Below, one piece after another: positions 33,201 through 44,073 of a stretch of DNA of 64,000 nucleotides; position 1 is the first letter of the stretch, and each line of letters opens with the position of its first letter. The notes beneath the pieces were generated by a model, which had not been told where the DNA came from, did not search any database, and saw only the letters and a program-made list of their open reading frames with translations. The stretch spans positions 547 to 64,546 of the forward strand of contig JAZQSD010000091.1 of the NCBI GenBank assembly GCA_045629925.1, given 5' to 3'. This stretch comes from Eubacterium sp. GTDB lineage: Bacteria; Bacillota; Clostridia; Lachnospirales; Lachnospiraceae. The position numbers and the translations under genes are program-made.

Positions 33201-34088
33201 ATGGATACCGCAAGATACAAAGCATTTATCGTCGCAGCAGAAACAGGCAGCATTCGAAACGCAGCGGAAGTATTAGGATATACTGCCTCTGGTGTCAGTC
33301 AGCTAATCCATGCACTAGAAGAAGAATTACAAGTTACATTGTTCTTAAGAGGAAAAAAAGGGGTTACACTTACAGCTTCAGGAGAAATCATCCTGCCTGT
33401 AGCCCGCAATCTGCTTGCTCAGGAAAATCATATCCTTCAGTTGGCTGCAGACATGAACGGTTCCGTATCCGGCACAATAAACATTGCCGCTTACCACAGT
33501 CTTTCCCTTGCCTGGATGCCAGAGGTAATCAGCCAGTTTCAGCACGCCTATCCAAAGGTTCGCATCAATCTGTACGAAGGCACCCAGAGCGACATCCAGG
33601 AACGTCTGCTATCAGGCAAATCTGACATTGCCTTTTTCAACAATTCCACCATGTCCGGGAAATATGATTGGATCCCTCTTACCGACGACCCAATGCTTGC
33701 GGTTGTGCCCATTTCCCATCCAATGGCTAATGCAGAGGTTTTCCCTGTATCCAAGTTTCAGGGAGAACGATTTATCATGCCTGAGCATGGCTATGACTTC
33801 GATGTACTGGACATCTTAAATGAATTTCATATCACCCCTGATGTGTATCTGTCCACACTGGATACATATATTCTTTTACAAATGGTAAAAAAAGAACTTG
33901 GCGTCAGCATCATCAACAGAACTGCCAGCCTATATCTAAAGGACGCCAGCCTATATCTTAGAACCATCCCGCTGGATCCGCCACGTTCCATCCAGATGGG
34001 CATCGCTGTCTTATCATTAAAAGATGCCACTCCTGCAACAAAGAAATTTGTAGAAATGGCACAGGCTGTGATTAAAAATTTCTCTTAA
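33201..34088 (+). CDS. LysR family transcriptional regulator
   Basis: GSIRNAAEVLGYTASGVSQLIHALEEEL HTH. Confidence 0.93.
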   Translation: MDTARYKAFIVAAETGSIRNAAEVLGYTASGVSQLIHALEEELQVTLFLRGKKGVTLTASGEIILPVARNLLAQENHILQLAADMNGSVSGTINIAAYHSLSLAWMPEVISQFQHAYPKVRINLYEGTQSDIQERLLSGKSDIAFFNNSTMSGKYDWIPLTDDPMLAVVPISHPMANAEVFPVSKFQGERFIMPEHGYDFDVLDILNEFHITPDVYLSTLDTYILLQMVKKELGVSIINRTASLYLKDASLYLRTIPLDPPRSIQMGIAVLSLKDATPATKKFVEMAQAVIKNFS

Positions 34089-34099
34089 ACATTTTGTTC

Positions 34100-34136
34100 A
34101 AAAAAATTAAGGCCGGAGATTGCTCCGGCCTGTTTT
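34100..34136. terminator. Bidirectional terminator between LysR and lysS
   Basis: AGGCCGGAG/CTCCGGCCT with A and T tracts. Confidence 0.7.
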
Positions 34137-34146
34137 AGTTATTCAA

Positions 34147-36090
34147 TTAGTATAATTTTGCACCTGCTGGGATTTTATTATCCACCATGAGAAGGTTCAG
34201 TTTTTCTTCTCCTTCTTCATTGTGAATAGCAGATAATAACATACCGCAAGATTCAATACCCATCATAGCGCGTGGTGGAAGGTTCGTAATTGCAACTAAT
34301 GTTTTGCCTACTAATTCTTCTGGTTCATAGAATTCATGAATACCGCTTAAGATTGTACGATCTGTGCCTGTACCATCATCTAATGTGAAGCGAAGAAGCT
34401 TTTTGCTCTTTGGTACTGCTACACATTCTTTTACTTTCACTGCTCTGAAATCAGATTTGCTGAATGTTTCAAAATCAACTGCATCTTCGAAAAGTGGTTC
34501 AATCTCAACTTTGGAGAAATCAATCACTTCTTCACAACAGCATGTGATACCTGCTTCTGGACAGCATTTTTCTTCTGTAGATTTCTTTGTTTCAGCGCCG
34601 CCTAATGTCTTCATTGTCGGGAAGAGAAGTACGTCTCTGATTGCTAAAGAATCTGTTAACAACATAGAAAGACGGTCAATACCGTAGCCGATACCGCCTG
34701 TTGGAGGCATACCGATCTCTAATGCATTTAAGAAGTCTTCGTCTGTTGTCTGCGCTTCGTCATCACCCTGAGCAAGCATTGCTTCCTGATGTTTGAAACG
34801 TTCTCTCTGATCGATTGGATCATTAAGCTCGGAGTAAGCATTTGCCATTTCCCATCCGTTGATAAACAGCTCGAAACGTTCTGTTAATTCTGGATTTTCT
34901 GGTTTTTTCTTTGTTAATGGAGAAATCTCGATTGGATGATCCATAACAAATGTTGGCTGGATTAAGTGATCTTCAACAAACTCTTCGAAGAACAATGCTA
35001 AGATATCACCTTTTGCATGTCTGTCTTCAAACTCTACATGATGTTCTTTCGCAACTGCTTTTGCTTCTTCTGTTGTTTTGATCTCGTTAAAGTCTACGCC
35101 GGAATATTTTTTAACTGCATCAATCATAGTGATTCTTTCGAAAGGTTTTCCGAAATCGATTTCGATGCCGTTGTAGCTGAATTTTGTTGTTCCAAGCACC
35201 TGTTCTGCTACGTAGCGATACATGTTTTCTGTTAAGTCCATCATGCCGTGGTAGTCTGTGTATGCCTGGTAAAGTTCCATAAGTGTAAACTCTGGATTGT
35301 GTCTTGTGTCAACACCTTCGTTACGGAATACACGACCGATTTCGTATACTCTTTCAAGGCCGCCAACGATAAGACGTTTTAAGTAAAGTTCAAGAGAGAT
35401 TCTTAACTTAAAGTCTTCACTTAATGCGTTAGAGTGAGTGATGAATGGTCTTGCAGAAGCGCCGCCTGCATTTGCAACAAGCATAGGTGTTTCTACTTCG
35501 ATAAAGCCTTCACCTGCTAAGTACTGACGAATAGAACTGATGATCTTGGAACGTTTGATAAATGTATCCTTAACCTCAGTATTCATAATTAAGTCAACGT
35601 ATCTCTGACGGTAACGTGTATCTGTATCTGTTAAACCGTGGAATTTTTCTGGCAATACCTGAAGACTCTTGGATAAAAGAGTTACTTCTGTTGCGTGGAT
35701 GGAGATTTCGCCTGTTTTTGTTGTGAAAACTTCACCTGTGATACCAAGAATATCACCTACATCGTATTTTTTGAAATCAGCGTATGCTTCTTCACCGATG
35801 TTATCTCTTGCAACGTAAGACTGAATGCTTCCTTTTAAGTCCTGAATATTACAGAAAGATGCTTTACCCATAACACGCTTAAACATCATACGACCAGCAA
35901 GTGTAACTACTTTGCCTTCTAATTCAGCATAGTTATCCTTAATGTCTGTACTGTGGTGTGTTACGTCAAATTTTGTAATCTGGAAAGGATCTTTGCCGCG
36001 TTCCTGTAAATCTTTTAATTTGTCACGGCGAACTTTTAATAACTGATGAATGTCCTGTTCCTGCTGCTGTACATTTTTCTGTTCTGCCAT
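34147..36090 (-). CDS. lysS: Lysine--tRNA ligase (class II) with C-terminal tRNA-binding OB domain
   Basis: [28 protein letters not shown]; extra Trbp111/MetG-C-like domain after LLFP. Confidence 0.97.
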   Translation of the reverse strand: MAEQKNVQQQEQDIHQLLKVRRDKLKDLQERGKDPFQITKFDVTHHSTDIKDNYAELEGKVVTLAGRMMFKRVMGKASFCNIQDLKGSIQSYVARDNIGEEAYADFKKYDVGDILGITGEVFTTKTGEISIHATEVTLLSKSLQVLPEKFHGLTDTDTRYRQRYVDLIMNTEVKDTFIKRSKIISSIRQYLAGEGFIEVETPMLVANAGGASARPFITHSNALSEDFKLRISLELYLKRLIVGGLERVYEIGRVFRNEGVDTRHNPEFTLMELYQAYTDYHGMMDLTENMYRYVAEQVLGTTKFSYNGIEIDFGKPFERITMIDAVKKYSGVDFNEIKTTEEAKAVAKEHHVEFEDRHAKGDILALFFEEFVEDHLIQPTFVMDHPIEISPLTKKKPENPELTERFELFINGWEMANAYSELNDPIDQRERFKHQEAMLAQGDDEAQTTDEDFLNALEIGMPPTGGIGYGIDRLSMLLTDSLAIRDVLLFPTMKTLGGAETKKSTEEKCCPEAGITCCCEEVIDFSKVEIEPLFEDAVDFETFSKSDFRAVKVKECVAVPKSKKLLRFTLDDGTGTDRTILSGIHEFYEPEELVGKTLVAITNLPPRAMMGIESCGMLLSAIHNEEGEEKLNLLMVDNKIPAGAKLY

Positions 36091-36112
36091 CTTTTTGTTC
36101 TCCTCTTTATTC

Positions 36113-36592
36113 CTAATTGGATCTCTGGATTTCTAAAATCTTATAAGTCATTGTTCCAGCCTGTGTCTCTACTTCTACAGTATCGCCAACTTTTGCGCCG
36201 ATTAACGCTTTTCCCACTGGAGATTCGTTAGAAATCTTGCACTGAAGGCTGTTCGCCTCTGTGGATCCTACGATTTTATAAGTAAGTTCTTCTTCGAACT
36301 CGCAATCATAGATTTTAACCTGACATCCAACGCTGATCTTATCTGTGTCTACTTCTTCTTCCACAACTACATCTGCATTTTTAAGAATCTTTTCGATTTC
36401 TTCGATTCTTGTTTCGATGTCACGCTGTTCATCTTTTGCTGCATCATATTCAGCGTTTTCTGATAAGTCGCCCTGTTCTCTAGCTTCCTTAATCTTCTGG
36501 GCTACTTCTTTTCTTTTTACTACCTTCAGATTTTCGAGTTCATCTTCCAGTTTCTTTAATCCTTCGTAAGTCAGTAGATTTTTCTTATCCAT
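36113..36592 (-). CDS. greA: Transcription elongation factor GreA
   Basis: GDLSENAEY and [11 protein letters not shown] motifs. Confidence 0.97.
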   Translation of the reverse strand: MDKKNLLTYEGLKKLEDELENLKVVKRKEVAQKIKEAREQGDLSENAEYDAAKDEQRDIETRIEEIEKILKNADVVVEEEVDTDKISVGCQVKIYDCEFEEELTYKIVGSTEANSLQCKISNESPVGKALIGAKVGDTVEVETQAGTMTYKILEIQRSN

Positions 36593-36756
36593 TCTTACAA
36601 TTCCTCCTATTTGTCCCAGATAGTATCATCGGAACCCAATAATATTTCTCTTATTTAATCTATTCACACCCGTTTTCTTGCGGGGGAGTAAGCAAATTGG
36701 ACGCAATAGTATGCGTCCGAATAATACAATTTCAACATTATAGCTGAAAGGCCTGA

Positions 36757-37722
36757 TTATGTCAAGAATTCTTCAAATAAGGCCTCTAAATGCGGCAAGG
36801 TTTCCACCTCATTAATACGACCGCGAAGTTTGGCTGAATTCTTATACCCAGCCGTATACCAAGCAGCATGTTTTCGGATCTCTCGAATCCCAGTGTAGTC
36901 ACCTTTTACCTCCAGCTGCATCTTGGCATGTTTAAGCACCATCTGAGAAACTTCCTGTATGGATGGCTTAGGCAAATCCTCCCCCGTTTCCAGTTTATGA
37001 AGAATCTGTTTAAATATCCATGGATTTCCTTGGCATCCTCGGCCGATCATGAAACCGTCACAGCCAGTCTGTTCCTTCATTCGAACCACATCATCTGCCG
37101 TAAGAAGATCCCCGTTTCCGATTACAGGTATCTTCACAGCTTCTTTTACCTGGCGGATAATATCCCAATCTGCGTTTCCTGAATAATATTGCTGTCTTGT
37201 TCTTCCATGAACTGCCACAGCAGCAACGCCGCAGCTTTCTGCGATCTTGGCAATCTCCACCGCATTGATATGATCTTCATCAAAGCCTCTGCGGAACTTA
37301 ACGGTAACAGGTTTTTTTACCGCCTTAACCATTTTGGATAAAATCTCTTCCACTAATTTCGGATTTTTCATCAGGGCAGACCCTTCGCCGTTGTTTACAA
37401 CCTTTGGCACCGGACATCCCATATTAAAATCCAGAATGTCAAATGGGCGGTCTTCAATCTGTGCCGCAATCTCTGCCAACAGATCTGGTTCTGAACCGAA
37501 CAACTGCAGAGACACTGGCCGTTCTCTTTCGTCAATCTCCATTAACTGCTCTGTGTTTTTGTTTCTATAATAAATTGCCTTTGCGCTGACCATCTCCATG
37601 CACAACAACCCTGCGCCTTGCTCCTTGCACAGCAAGCGAAATGGCAGGTCTGTTACCCCTGCCATCGGCGCTAGGATCAAAGGATTGTCCAGCGTTACAT
37701 TTCCAATTTTCAATGTTTCCAT
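36757..37722 (-). CDS. dusB: tRNA-dihydrouridine synthase B
   Basis: LAPMAG, NMGCP, VHGRT and GNGD motifs; coaX-dusB-greA-lysS synteny. Confidence 0.93.
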   Translation of the reverse strand: METLKIGNVTLDNPLILAPMAGVTDLPFRLLCKEQGAGLLCMEMVSAKAIYYRNKNTEQLMEIDERERPVSLQLFGSEPDLLAEIAAQIEDRPFDILDFNMGCPVPKVVNNGEGSALMKNPKLVEEILSKMVKAVKKPVTVKFRRGFDEDHINAVEIAKIAESCGVAAVAVHGRTRQQYYSGNADWDIIRQVKEAVKIPVIGNGDLLTADDVVRMKEQTGCDGFMIGRGCQGNPWIFKQILHKLETGEDLPKPSIQEVSQMVLKHAKMQLEVKGDYTGIREIRKHAAWYTAGYKNSAKLRGRINEVETLPHLEALFEEFLT

Positions 37723-37754
37723 TTCGCTTTTCTTTCTAAAAAAATCCGCGCAGT

Positions 37755-38531
37755 TTATCTGCCGCTTTTATTTTTTTCGTAAATGATCTGCATTCCTTTT
37801 AAAGTCAGCATTGGATCATAGATATCAATAGCGTCTGTCTCTTTTTCAATCAGTGTTCCAAGTCCGCCCGTCGCAATAACTTTGATATTCTCGAGTCCGG
37901 ATTCTTTTTTGATCTGATTGATAATATATTCTGTAGAACCAATCTGGCCATACACGAGCCCTGCCTGCATACATGCAATTGTCTCCTGTGCCAGGATAGT
38001 ATCTGGTTTTCTGATTTCAAATTCAGGAAGCTTTGCAGCCATGCTCCACATTGCCTGCGCAGATGTTCTGATACCTGGCGCAATGACACAAGAAACAAAA
38101 GTTCCTTCTGCATCCACAAGATCATACGTTGTCGCAGTACCATAATCAACAACGATTGCCGGTCCGCCATACAACTCATAAACTGCTGCCGCGTCTACAA
38201 TACGGTCCGCTCCTACCTGCTTTGGATTTTTCCCAGCTACACGGATGCCTGTTTTTACGCCGGCTTCAATGATCAGCGGTCTGATATTGAAATATTTAAT
38301 AATTGCACTTGTCAGAGAATGCATAACATTTGGCACAACAGAAGCAATGATAACATCTGAGATATCATCCACTGTCATCTTATTGTGCTCCAACAGATCG
38401 CAGATTACGATCCCATACTCGTCAGATGTACGGGAATGGATTGTTGTGATTCTGAATGTAGCTTTTAATTCCTTGCCATCAAAAACACCCAGAGTAAAAT
38501 TTGTATTTCCAATATCGATTGTCAATAACAT
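37755..38531 (-). CDS. coaX: Type III pantothenate kinase
   Basis: [19 protein letters not shown] and ATGG motifs. Confidence 0.95.
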   Translation of the reverse strand: MLLTIDIGNTNFTLGVFDGKELKATFRITTIHSRTSDEYGIVICDLLEHNKMTVDDISDVIIASVVPNVMHSLTSAIIKYFNIRPLIIEAGVKTGIRVAGKNPKQVGADRIVDAAAVYELYGGPAIVVDYGTATTYDLVDAEGTFVSCVIAPGIRTSAQAMWSMAAKLPEFEIRKPDTILAQETIACMQAGLVYGQIGSTEYIINQIKKESGLENIKVIATGGLGTLIEKETDAIDIYDPMLTLKGMQIIYEKNKSGR

Positions 38532-38533
38532 GC

Positions 38534-38869
38534 TTAGTCCTCCCACTCTTCCCCAAGGAAAAATACTTTATAGTAGAGCTCTAACGCTTCCAACAGTTCA
38601 TCTTTCTCGTTCTGTATCTGTTTGATCTTCAAGACACTTCCGATATCATCATAAAGCAGATCACCTTCATCAGCCGCTGTTTCAAAATACAGACTGCCTT
38701 CTTCATCAAACTTTAATGTGAGCGTGCCGCCAATATCTTCTGTGTAAAGCACACACATAATCTTTAATTCATCCTGGATTGCCTGTGGCAGTCCCTGAAA
38801 ATCATCATTTAAATAATACTTCTGTGTATATGCACTTGAGCCGCACAACACAACATCTTCCTGATACAT
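38534..38869 (-). CDS. Conserved hypothetical protein (DUF6145-like)
   Basis: [26 protein letters not shown]; lies between birA and coaX. Confidence 0.7.
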   Translation of the reverse strand: MYQEDVVLCGSSAYTQKYYLNDDFQGLPQAIQDELKIMCVLYTEDIGGTLTLKFDEEGSLYFETAADEGDLLYDDIGSVLKIKQIQNEKDELLEALELYYKVFFLGEEWED

Positions 38870-38893
38870 TCTGTTCTCCTCGCCCAATGGGTC

Positions 38894-39691
38894 TTATATG
38901 GTATATCCTAGAACACCGCGGACGGAAACTTCCCCGGAGGATACATTTCGTTTCCCGCAATCTGTCTCTACGATTAATTCACCTTCATTGTTGATCCCTT
39001 CTGCAACACCGGAATAATCCCCTTTCGGATCTAATACCCTCACTTGTCTGTTGCGATTGATCAAATACTGATTATACAGATCTTTTAGCTCAGACAGCGT
39101 CTGACTCTTCATAAACACTCTGTAATAGTCTTCAAATATCTGCAAGATTTTTTCCAGCAGTGACTTTCGATTAATCACTTTGCCGCTTTCCAAAAGAATG
39201 GATGTCGCTACCGACTGAAGTTCTTCAGGGAAATTACAGTTGCCCACATTTACGCCAACGCCTACAACCAGATAATTAATCTGTTCTCCCAGAAGGCTCA
39301 TCTCTGTTAAAATGCCGCATACTTTTTTGCCACTTAAGATCACATCGTTTGGCCATTTGATCTGCGGCGCAACACCGGCTTCTTCCTGGATGGCTTTCGC
39401 CACCGCAAGTCCCATTACCAGTGTGAGCATGGATGCTTTTGCTGGCTCGATTTGATCCTTGATCAAAAGCGACATCCAGATTCCCTGTCCTTTTGGCGAC
39501 ACAAAACTTCTTCCTAGCCTTCCTTTTCCAGCAGTTTGTGAATCAGCCACCACCAATGTTCCGTGAGAGGCTCCCTTCTCAGCCAGCCGCTTCACCTCTT
39601 CATTGGTTGAATCTGTTACATCGAACCAACTTACGGTTTTCCCTGCCCAACTTGTATTGAGTTCTTTCTTCAGAAATTCTTCCTGCAACAT
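38894..39691 (-). CDS. birA: Biotin--[acetyl-CoA carboxylase] ligase without HTH (class I)
   Basis: STN, QTAGKGRLGR, KWPND and KVCGIL motifs; 265 aa. Confidence 0.93.
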   Translation of the reverse strand: MLQEEFLKKELNTSWAGKTVSWFDVTDSTNEEVKRLAEKGASHGTLVVADSQTAGKGRLGRSFVSPKGQGIWMSLLIKDQIEPAKASMLTLVMGLAVAKAIQEEAGVAPQIKWPNDVILSGKKVCGILTEMSLLGEQINYLVVGVGVNVGNCNFPEELQSVATSILLESGKVINRKSLLEKILQIFEDYYRVFMKSQTLSELKDLYNQYLINRNRQVRVLDPKGDYSGVAEGINNEGELIVETDCGKRNVSSGEVSVRGVLGYTI

Positions 39692-40681
39692 TTATTCTCC
39701 AATAGTAGCCAGCATCATTGCCTTGATTGTATGCATTCTGTTTTCCGCTTCATCAAATACAATAGACTGTTCACTTTCAAACACTTCATCTGTAACTTCG
39801 ATCTCATCCAGACCAAATTTTGCTTTGATCTCCTGACCAACTTCTGTCTTAAGGTCATGGAACGCTGGCAGACAGTGCATAAAGCGGCACTGTGGACCTG
39901 CATTGTCCATTACAGCCTTGTTTACCTGGTATGGAAGAAGTTCTTTGATACGTTCTTCCCAGATTTCGTCTGGTTCGCCCATGGAAACCCAAACGTCTGT
40001 ATAGATAACATCTGCACCTTTTGTACCTTCCATAACATCTTCTGTCAGTGTGATGGTCGCACCTGTCTGTGCAGCGATTTCTTTACACTGATCAATCAAA
40101 TGCTGTTCTGGGAAATAATTCTTAGATGTGCATCCAACAAAATGCATACCTAATTTTGCGCAGACTACCATCAGGGAGTTGCCCATGTTATAGCGCGCAT
40201 CACCCATATATACTAATTTAATACCTTTTACTCTTCCGAAGTGTTCTTTGATAGTGAGCACATCTGCAAGCATCTGCGTTGGATGGAATTCATTTGTCAA
40301 CCCATTCCAAACAGGAACTCTTGAATATTTCGCAAGCTCATCTACGATTTCCTGACCATATCCTCGATATTCGATACCGTCATACATTCTGCTCAACACT
40401 CTGGCTGTATCTGCCAAGCTTTCTTTTTTGCCCAGCTGACACTGTTTTGGATCTAAAAATGTTGCGCCCATTCCCAAGTCATGCGCTGCAACTTCAAAAG
40501 AACAACGAGTTCTTGTACTTGTCTTTTCGAAAATCAAGGCAACATTTTTCCCTCTCAGTGTATCATGAAGGATCCCCTGTTTTTTCTTTGCTTTTAAATC
40601 TGCTGCCAGATCAACAAGATATAAGATCTCTTCTGGTGTAAAATCAAGTAATTTCAAAAAATGTTTCCCTTTTAAGTTCAT
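39692..40681 (-). CDS. argF: Ornithine carbamoyltransferase
   Basis: [17 protein letters not shown] and HCLP motifs. Confidence 0.96.
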   Translation of the reverse strand: MNLKGKHFLKLLDFTPEEILYLVDLAADLKAKKKQGILHDTLRGKNVALIFEKTSTRTRCSFEVAAHDLGMGATFLDPKQCQLGKKESLADTARVLSRMYDGIEYRGYGQEIVDELAKYSRVPVWNGLTNEFHPTQMLADVLTIKEHFGRVKGIKLVYMGDARYNMGNSLMVVCAKLGMHFVGCTSKNYFPEQHLIDQCKEIAAQTGATITLTEDVMEGTKGADVIYTDVWVSMGEPDEIWEERIKELLPYQVNKAVMDNAGPQCRFMHCLPAFHDLKTEVGQEIKAKFGLDEIEVTDEVFESEQSIVFDEAENRMHTIKAMMLATIGE

Positions 40682-40780
40682 CCTGATATCCTCCTCATAT
40701 AGGATCTATGTATGGATCTTCAATTTGTCCCATACCTATAAATATGTGTCATAATAGTATATTTTTTTTACTAAGTCAAT

Positions 40781-40805
40781 GAGGATGCCTACTTGAGGCA
40801 TCCTC
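40781..40805 (-). terminator. Hairpin after the SPFH gene
   Basis: GAGGATGCCT/AGGCATCCTC; weak U-tract. Confidence 0.5.
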
Positions 40806-40816
40806 TTATTACTCTA

Positions 40817-41761
40817 TTATGCTTTTGTTGCGCCTTCATCGTTTGCCGCTACTTCTACAATAGATTTTGCCAAACCTGCTATTCCCTGAATTTCAGATGG
40901 AATAATGATCTTTGTAGCATTTCCGTCAGCTGCTTTCGCGAATGCTTCCAGACTCTTTAACTGAAGTACTGCCGCATCTGGCGCAGCATCTTTCAGGAAT
41001 CGGAGACCGTCTGCATTGGCCTGCTGAATCTTCAAGATAGCTTCCGCCTGACCTTCTGCCTCTTTTACAGTGGCTTCTTTTTTCGCTTCTGCGCGAAGGA
41101 TTGCTGCCTGTTTTTCAGCTTCTGCATCTAAGATAGCGGATTCTTTCTTACCTTCTGCCACAAGGATTGTTGATTTCTTCTCACCTTCAGCACGAAGAAT
41201 TGCTTCTCGACGTTCACGTTCTGCCTTCATCTGTTTTTCCATTGCATCCTGGATCGCTGTTGGTGGAATGATATTCTTTAACTCTACACGATTTACTTTG
41301 ATGCCCCATGGATCTGTGGCAATATCAAGAGATGCACGCATCTTTGTATTGATTGTCTCTCTGGATGTAAGTGTTTCGTCCAGTTCAAGATCACCGATGA
41401 TATTTCGCAGTGTTGTGGCTGTCAGATTTTCAATAGCCATGATTGGATTTTCAACACCGTATGCGAACAGCTTTGGATCTGTAATCTGGAAAAATACAAC
41501 TGTATCGATTCTCATTGTTACGTTATCTTTTGTGATTACAGGCTGTGGCGCAAAGTCTACTACCTGCTCTTTCAAAAGTACACGTTTTGCAATACGGTCA
41601 ATAAATGGAAGTTTAAAGTGAAGTCCTACATCCCATGTTCCCTGATATGCGCCAAGACGTTCCACAACATAAGCATTAGCCTGTGGCACGATCTTAATAC
41701 AGGAAATAAGGATAATAACTACGATGATTACTAAAATAATTACTGCTATAAATGGTCCCAT
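40817..41761 (-). CDS. SPFH/band 7 (QmcA/paraslipin-like) protein
   Basis: VVERLG, VITKDNV, QMKAERERR and AEA/AEG coiled-coil repeats. Confidence 0.93.
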   Translation of the reverse strand: MGPFIAVIILVIIVVIILISCIKIVPQANAYVVERLGAYQGTWDVGLHFKLPFIDRIAKRVLLKEQVVDFAPQPVITKDNVTMRIDTVVFFQITDPKLFAYGVENPIMAIENLTATTLRNIIGDLELDETLTSRETINTKMRASLDIATDPWGIKVNRVELKNIIPPTAIQDAMEKQMKAERERREAILRAEGEKKSTILVAEGKKESAILDAEAEKQAAILRAEAKKEATVKEAEGQAEAILKIQQANADGLRFLKDAAPDAAVLQLKSLEAFAKAADGNATKIIIPSEIQGIAGLAKSIVEVAANDEGATKA

Positions 41762-41774
41762 TCAAATACCTCCT

Positions 41775-42242
41775 TTAGTCCTCAAATATAGATGTAGTAT
41801 TTGCTGTTTCTAATTCTTCTACTATTAATTTTACGCCTTCGATGGCAACAACTTTAACGATGTCATCTTTTGCAAATTGCTTTCCGCTATCTTTTGCTCT
41901 AGCCGTCCATTCCTGACCTCTAATCTGTACCAGACCAGACGCTGAAATGTTACTGATAGGTTCCAAAACCACTGCTTCCTGACCAATAAGGCTCTCCGCA
42001 TTAGTCTTCTCTCGCTTTGTGTTAAACTGCTTCTTCGCCAAAGGTCTTGTAAAGAATAGCAATACAAAGGAAACCACAAAAAACAACACAACCTGCGCAG
42101 GTAAAGGAGCATCCACCAAAGCCGCTATAAACGCAACCAAAGCACCTCCGGCAAACCAGATCGTTGCAAGTCCCATCGTTGCAAACTCTGCAATTACCAT
42201 GATCACAAGAATGATCAGCCATGCAATCACTTCAAAATTCAT
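41775..42242 (-). CDS. NfeD family protein
   Basis: N-terminal TMs plus OB fold (G.EWTAR, VVAIEGVKLIV); adjacent to SPFH. Confidence 0.88.
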   Translation of the reverse strand: MNFEVIAWLIILVIMVIAEFATMGLATIWFAGGALVAFIAALVDAPLPAQVVLFFVVSFVLLFFTRPLAKKQFNTKREKTNAESLIGQEAVVLEPISNISASGLVQIRGQEWTARAKDSGKQFAKDDIVKVVAIEGVKLIVEELETANTTSIFED

Positions 42243-42388
42243 AGGGCATCTCCTTTCGCTGATATGATTAATCAAAACAAACACCCGATTTATCTTTGTT
42301 TTGAATAGTTTCAAGATACCATATTTCACGCTTAATTACAATAAAGAATCCTTTTCAGTTCTATTACGACCACAGGGGAACTTAAGCA

Positions 42389-42434
42389 AAAAAGACAGCT
42401 GAGATGTTTGTCTTTAAACATCCAACTGTCTTTT
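42389..42434 (-). terminator. Terminator after the cell wall hydrolase gene
   Basis: AAAAGACAG...CTGTCTTTT long imperfect stem with T-tract. Confidence 0.55.
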
Positions 42435-42492
42435 AAAGGCACAAAAACTACCATTCTATAGTCTGTTTTTTATTTGCAGCACTTTTTTCGAT

Positions 42493-43626
42493 TTAATAAA
42501 AATGCTGATTTCCGATCTGCAAACCTTTTCCTCTTCCAGAGTTAAAGAATAAGCATCCATTTGTTGGGTCTTCTCCTTTTAAAGAAGCTTCCGCAGCATC
42601 GATACAATGTTTGTACTTTCCATTGTCCAATGTTCTCTGCACTTTTCCATTCATTGCAGGTGTAAACTGGCCTTTCTGGTAAGTTACATCATAGATGGAA
42701 TCTGGGAACTTGCCGCTTTCGATTCGGTTCATTACTACCGCACCTACAGCTACCTGTCCTTCATATTTTTCTCCGCCTGCTTCACAAAAGATTAATGCTG
42801 CAAGGAGTTTTACATCGTCCACTGTCACAGTTGCATTTACTGTTGCTGCCTCTGCAATCTCTGCATATCTTGCTGCTTCTCTTGCCTTCGCAGCTTCTTT
42901 TTCTTCTTCTAAGGTCATGGCTTCAGCATGATCAAAAGAAACCGCTACCTGTTCTGCACTAACATAACCCACGCCTCCGTCCCACTCAATGGCAACCCAT
43001 CCTTCCGGAACTGGAAAAGTTGTTACAACCATTCTCTTTTCGCCTTCTGCCAACTGTCCCAGGATGACTGTTCCTTCTTCCATACTTGCTTCTTTGCGAA
43101 CATCGAGATCTTCTTTTTTGCTTACAGCCTGTTTCTTGCAGATTTCTTCTGCTAATGCTTTCGCATCATCACCATAAGCACAATATTTGTTTTTGATATA
43201 TCCTTCAACGTTACCGGACTTAATCTTTGTCCATGTATCCCCTTTTTCAATAACCTGTGCCAGGGATCCTCTGTATAATTTTCCAACCACCTGAGAATCT
43301 TCAGATGCTTTTTCGCGAACATTTAAAAACTCCTCAACATCTGCCATGACCGCTCCGATCCAGGCCGCATCAGATGATTCACCAGCAACAACTGTTGCCA
43401 CATCTGCTGATACTGCAAGTGTAGTCGCTTCAATTGTTCTTTCCGCTTTTGTTTTCTGTTTTGTTTCTCCATCCTGCGCTTCAGCCAGGATAACAACTTC
43501 TTTATAGACTTGCTGACTACTCTGACTAGTGTCCGTAACGTTTCCGGAAAGTGTTGATGTCACTGCAGTAACAACCAAAGATGCTGCTACGATCAAACAG
43601 GACACCGCTCTTTTTGTGTGTTTCAT
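42493..43626 (-). CDS. Secreted cell wall hydrolase: two SH3b domains plus SleB/Hydrolase_2 domain
   Basis: Signal peptide; LNVR..W..I....GYI SH3b; EAGGE...AVGAVVMNR and YQKGQF. Confidence 0.88.
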   Translation of the reverse strand: MKHTKRAVSCLIVAASLVVTAVTSTLSGNVTDTSQSSQQVYKEVVILAEAQDGETKQKTKAERTIEATTLAVSADVATVVAGESSDAAWIGAVMADVEEFLNVREKASEDSQVVGKLYRGSLAQVIEKGDTWTKIKSGNVEGYIKNKYCAYGDDAKALAEEICKKQAVSKKEDLDVRKEASMEEGTVILGQLAEGEKRMVVTTFPVPEGWVAIEWDGGVGYVSAEQVAVSFDHAEAMTLEEEKEAAKAREAARYAEIAEAATVNATVTVDDVKLLAALIFCEAGGEKYEGQVAVGAVVMNRIESGKFPDSIYDVTYQKGQFTPAMNGKVQRTLDNGKYKHCIDAAEASLKGEDPTNGCLFFNSGRGKGLQIGNQHFY

Positions 43627-43749
43627 TATGACCTCCTATTCAGATTCATACGCAATGAATCCTACTTTGTTTTGATTGAAAAAAGAACTGGAATTTTTTC
43701 TTTTTCCAACCATATATTCCATACTATTTTATTCTTTTTTGTTAAAAAT

Positions 43750-43809
43750 ATTACGGAATTGTTACAACTTTTTCTCGTGGATTATAGCAATGCGCAGATG
43801 TTATGTCAA
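43750..43809 (-). promoter_or_regulatory. SigA promoter and WalR-like direct repeat of the hydrolase gene
   Basis: TTGACA-17-TATAAT (43781-43809); TGTAAC-N5-CGTAAT (43750-43766). Confidence 0.6.
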
Positions 43810-44073
43810 GCACTTTTGCCATTTTTTGCCATTTTTGCACTAAAAAAGGGCGTTTTTTACGCTTTTTCCCTGTTTTTTTATGCTTTTTTTGATGTGTTTC
43901 CACCACTTTTATATTTTTTATCAATGTAACAATTACTTTTGTCTTTTTTGGTTTTAAAGTGCCATGTTTTCCATATAATTAAGGTAAGCACAAAACACCT
44001 GCTGACCTTGACTTTTTATCCGGACTAAAGTAAAGTTTCTTTAGTATTAATTTATCAAAATGAGGTGTCTCAA

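Noticed and set aside
36593-36756. T-box upstream of greA-lysS
   Set aside because: No AGGGTGGNACCGCG T-box sequence or attenuator is present.
40682-40780. ARG box upstream of argF
   Set aside because: Only a weak AT-rich partial match, which cannot be supported.
43618-43929. 103-aa Phe-rich ORF in the hydrolase-murG spacer
   Set aside because: Low-complexity T-rich sequence overlapping the promoter, with no RBS.
43627-44064. c-di-AMP or other riboswitch upstream of the cell wall hydrolase
   Set aside because: No recognisable aptamer motifs or terminator in the AT-rich leader.
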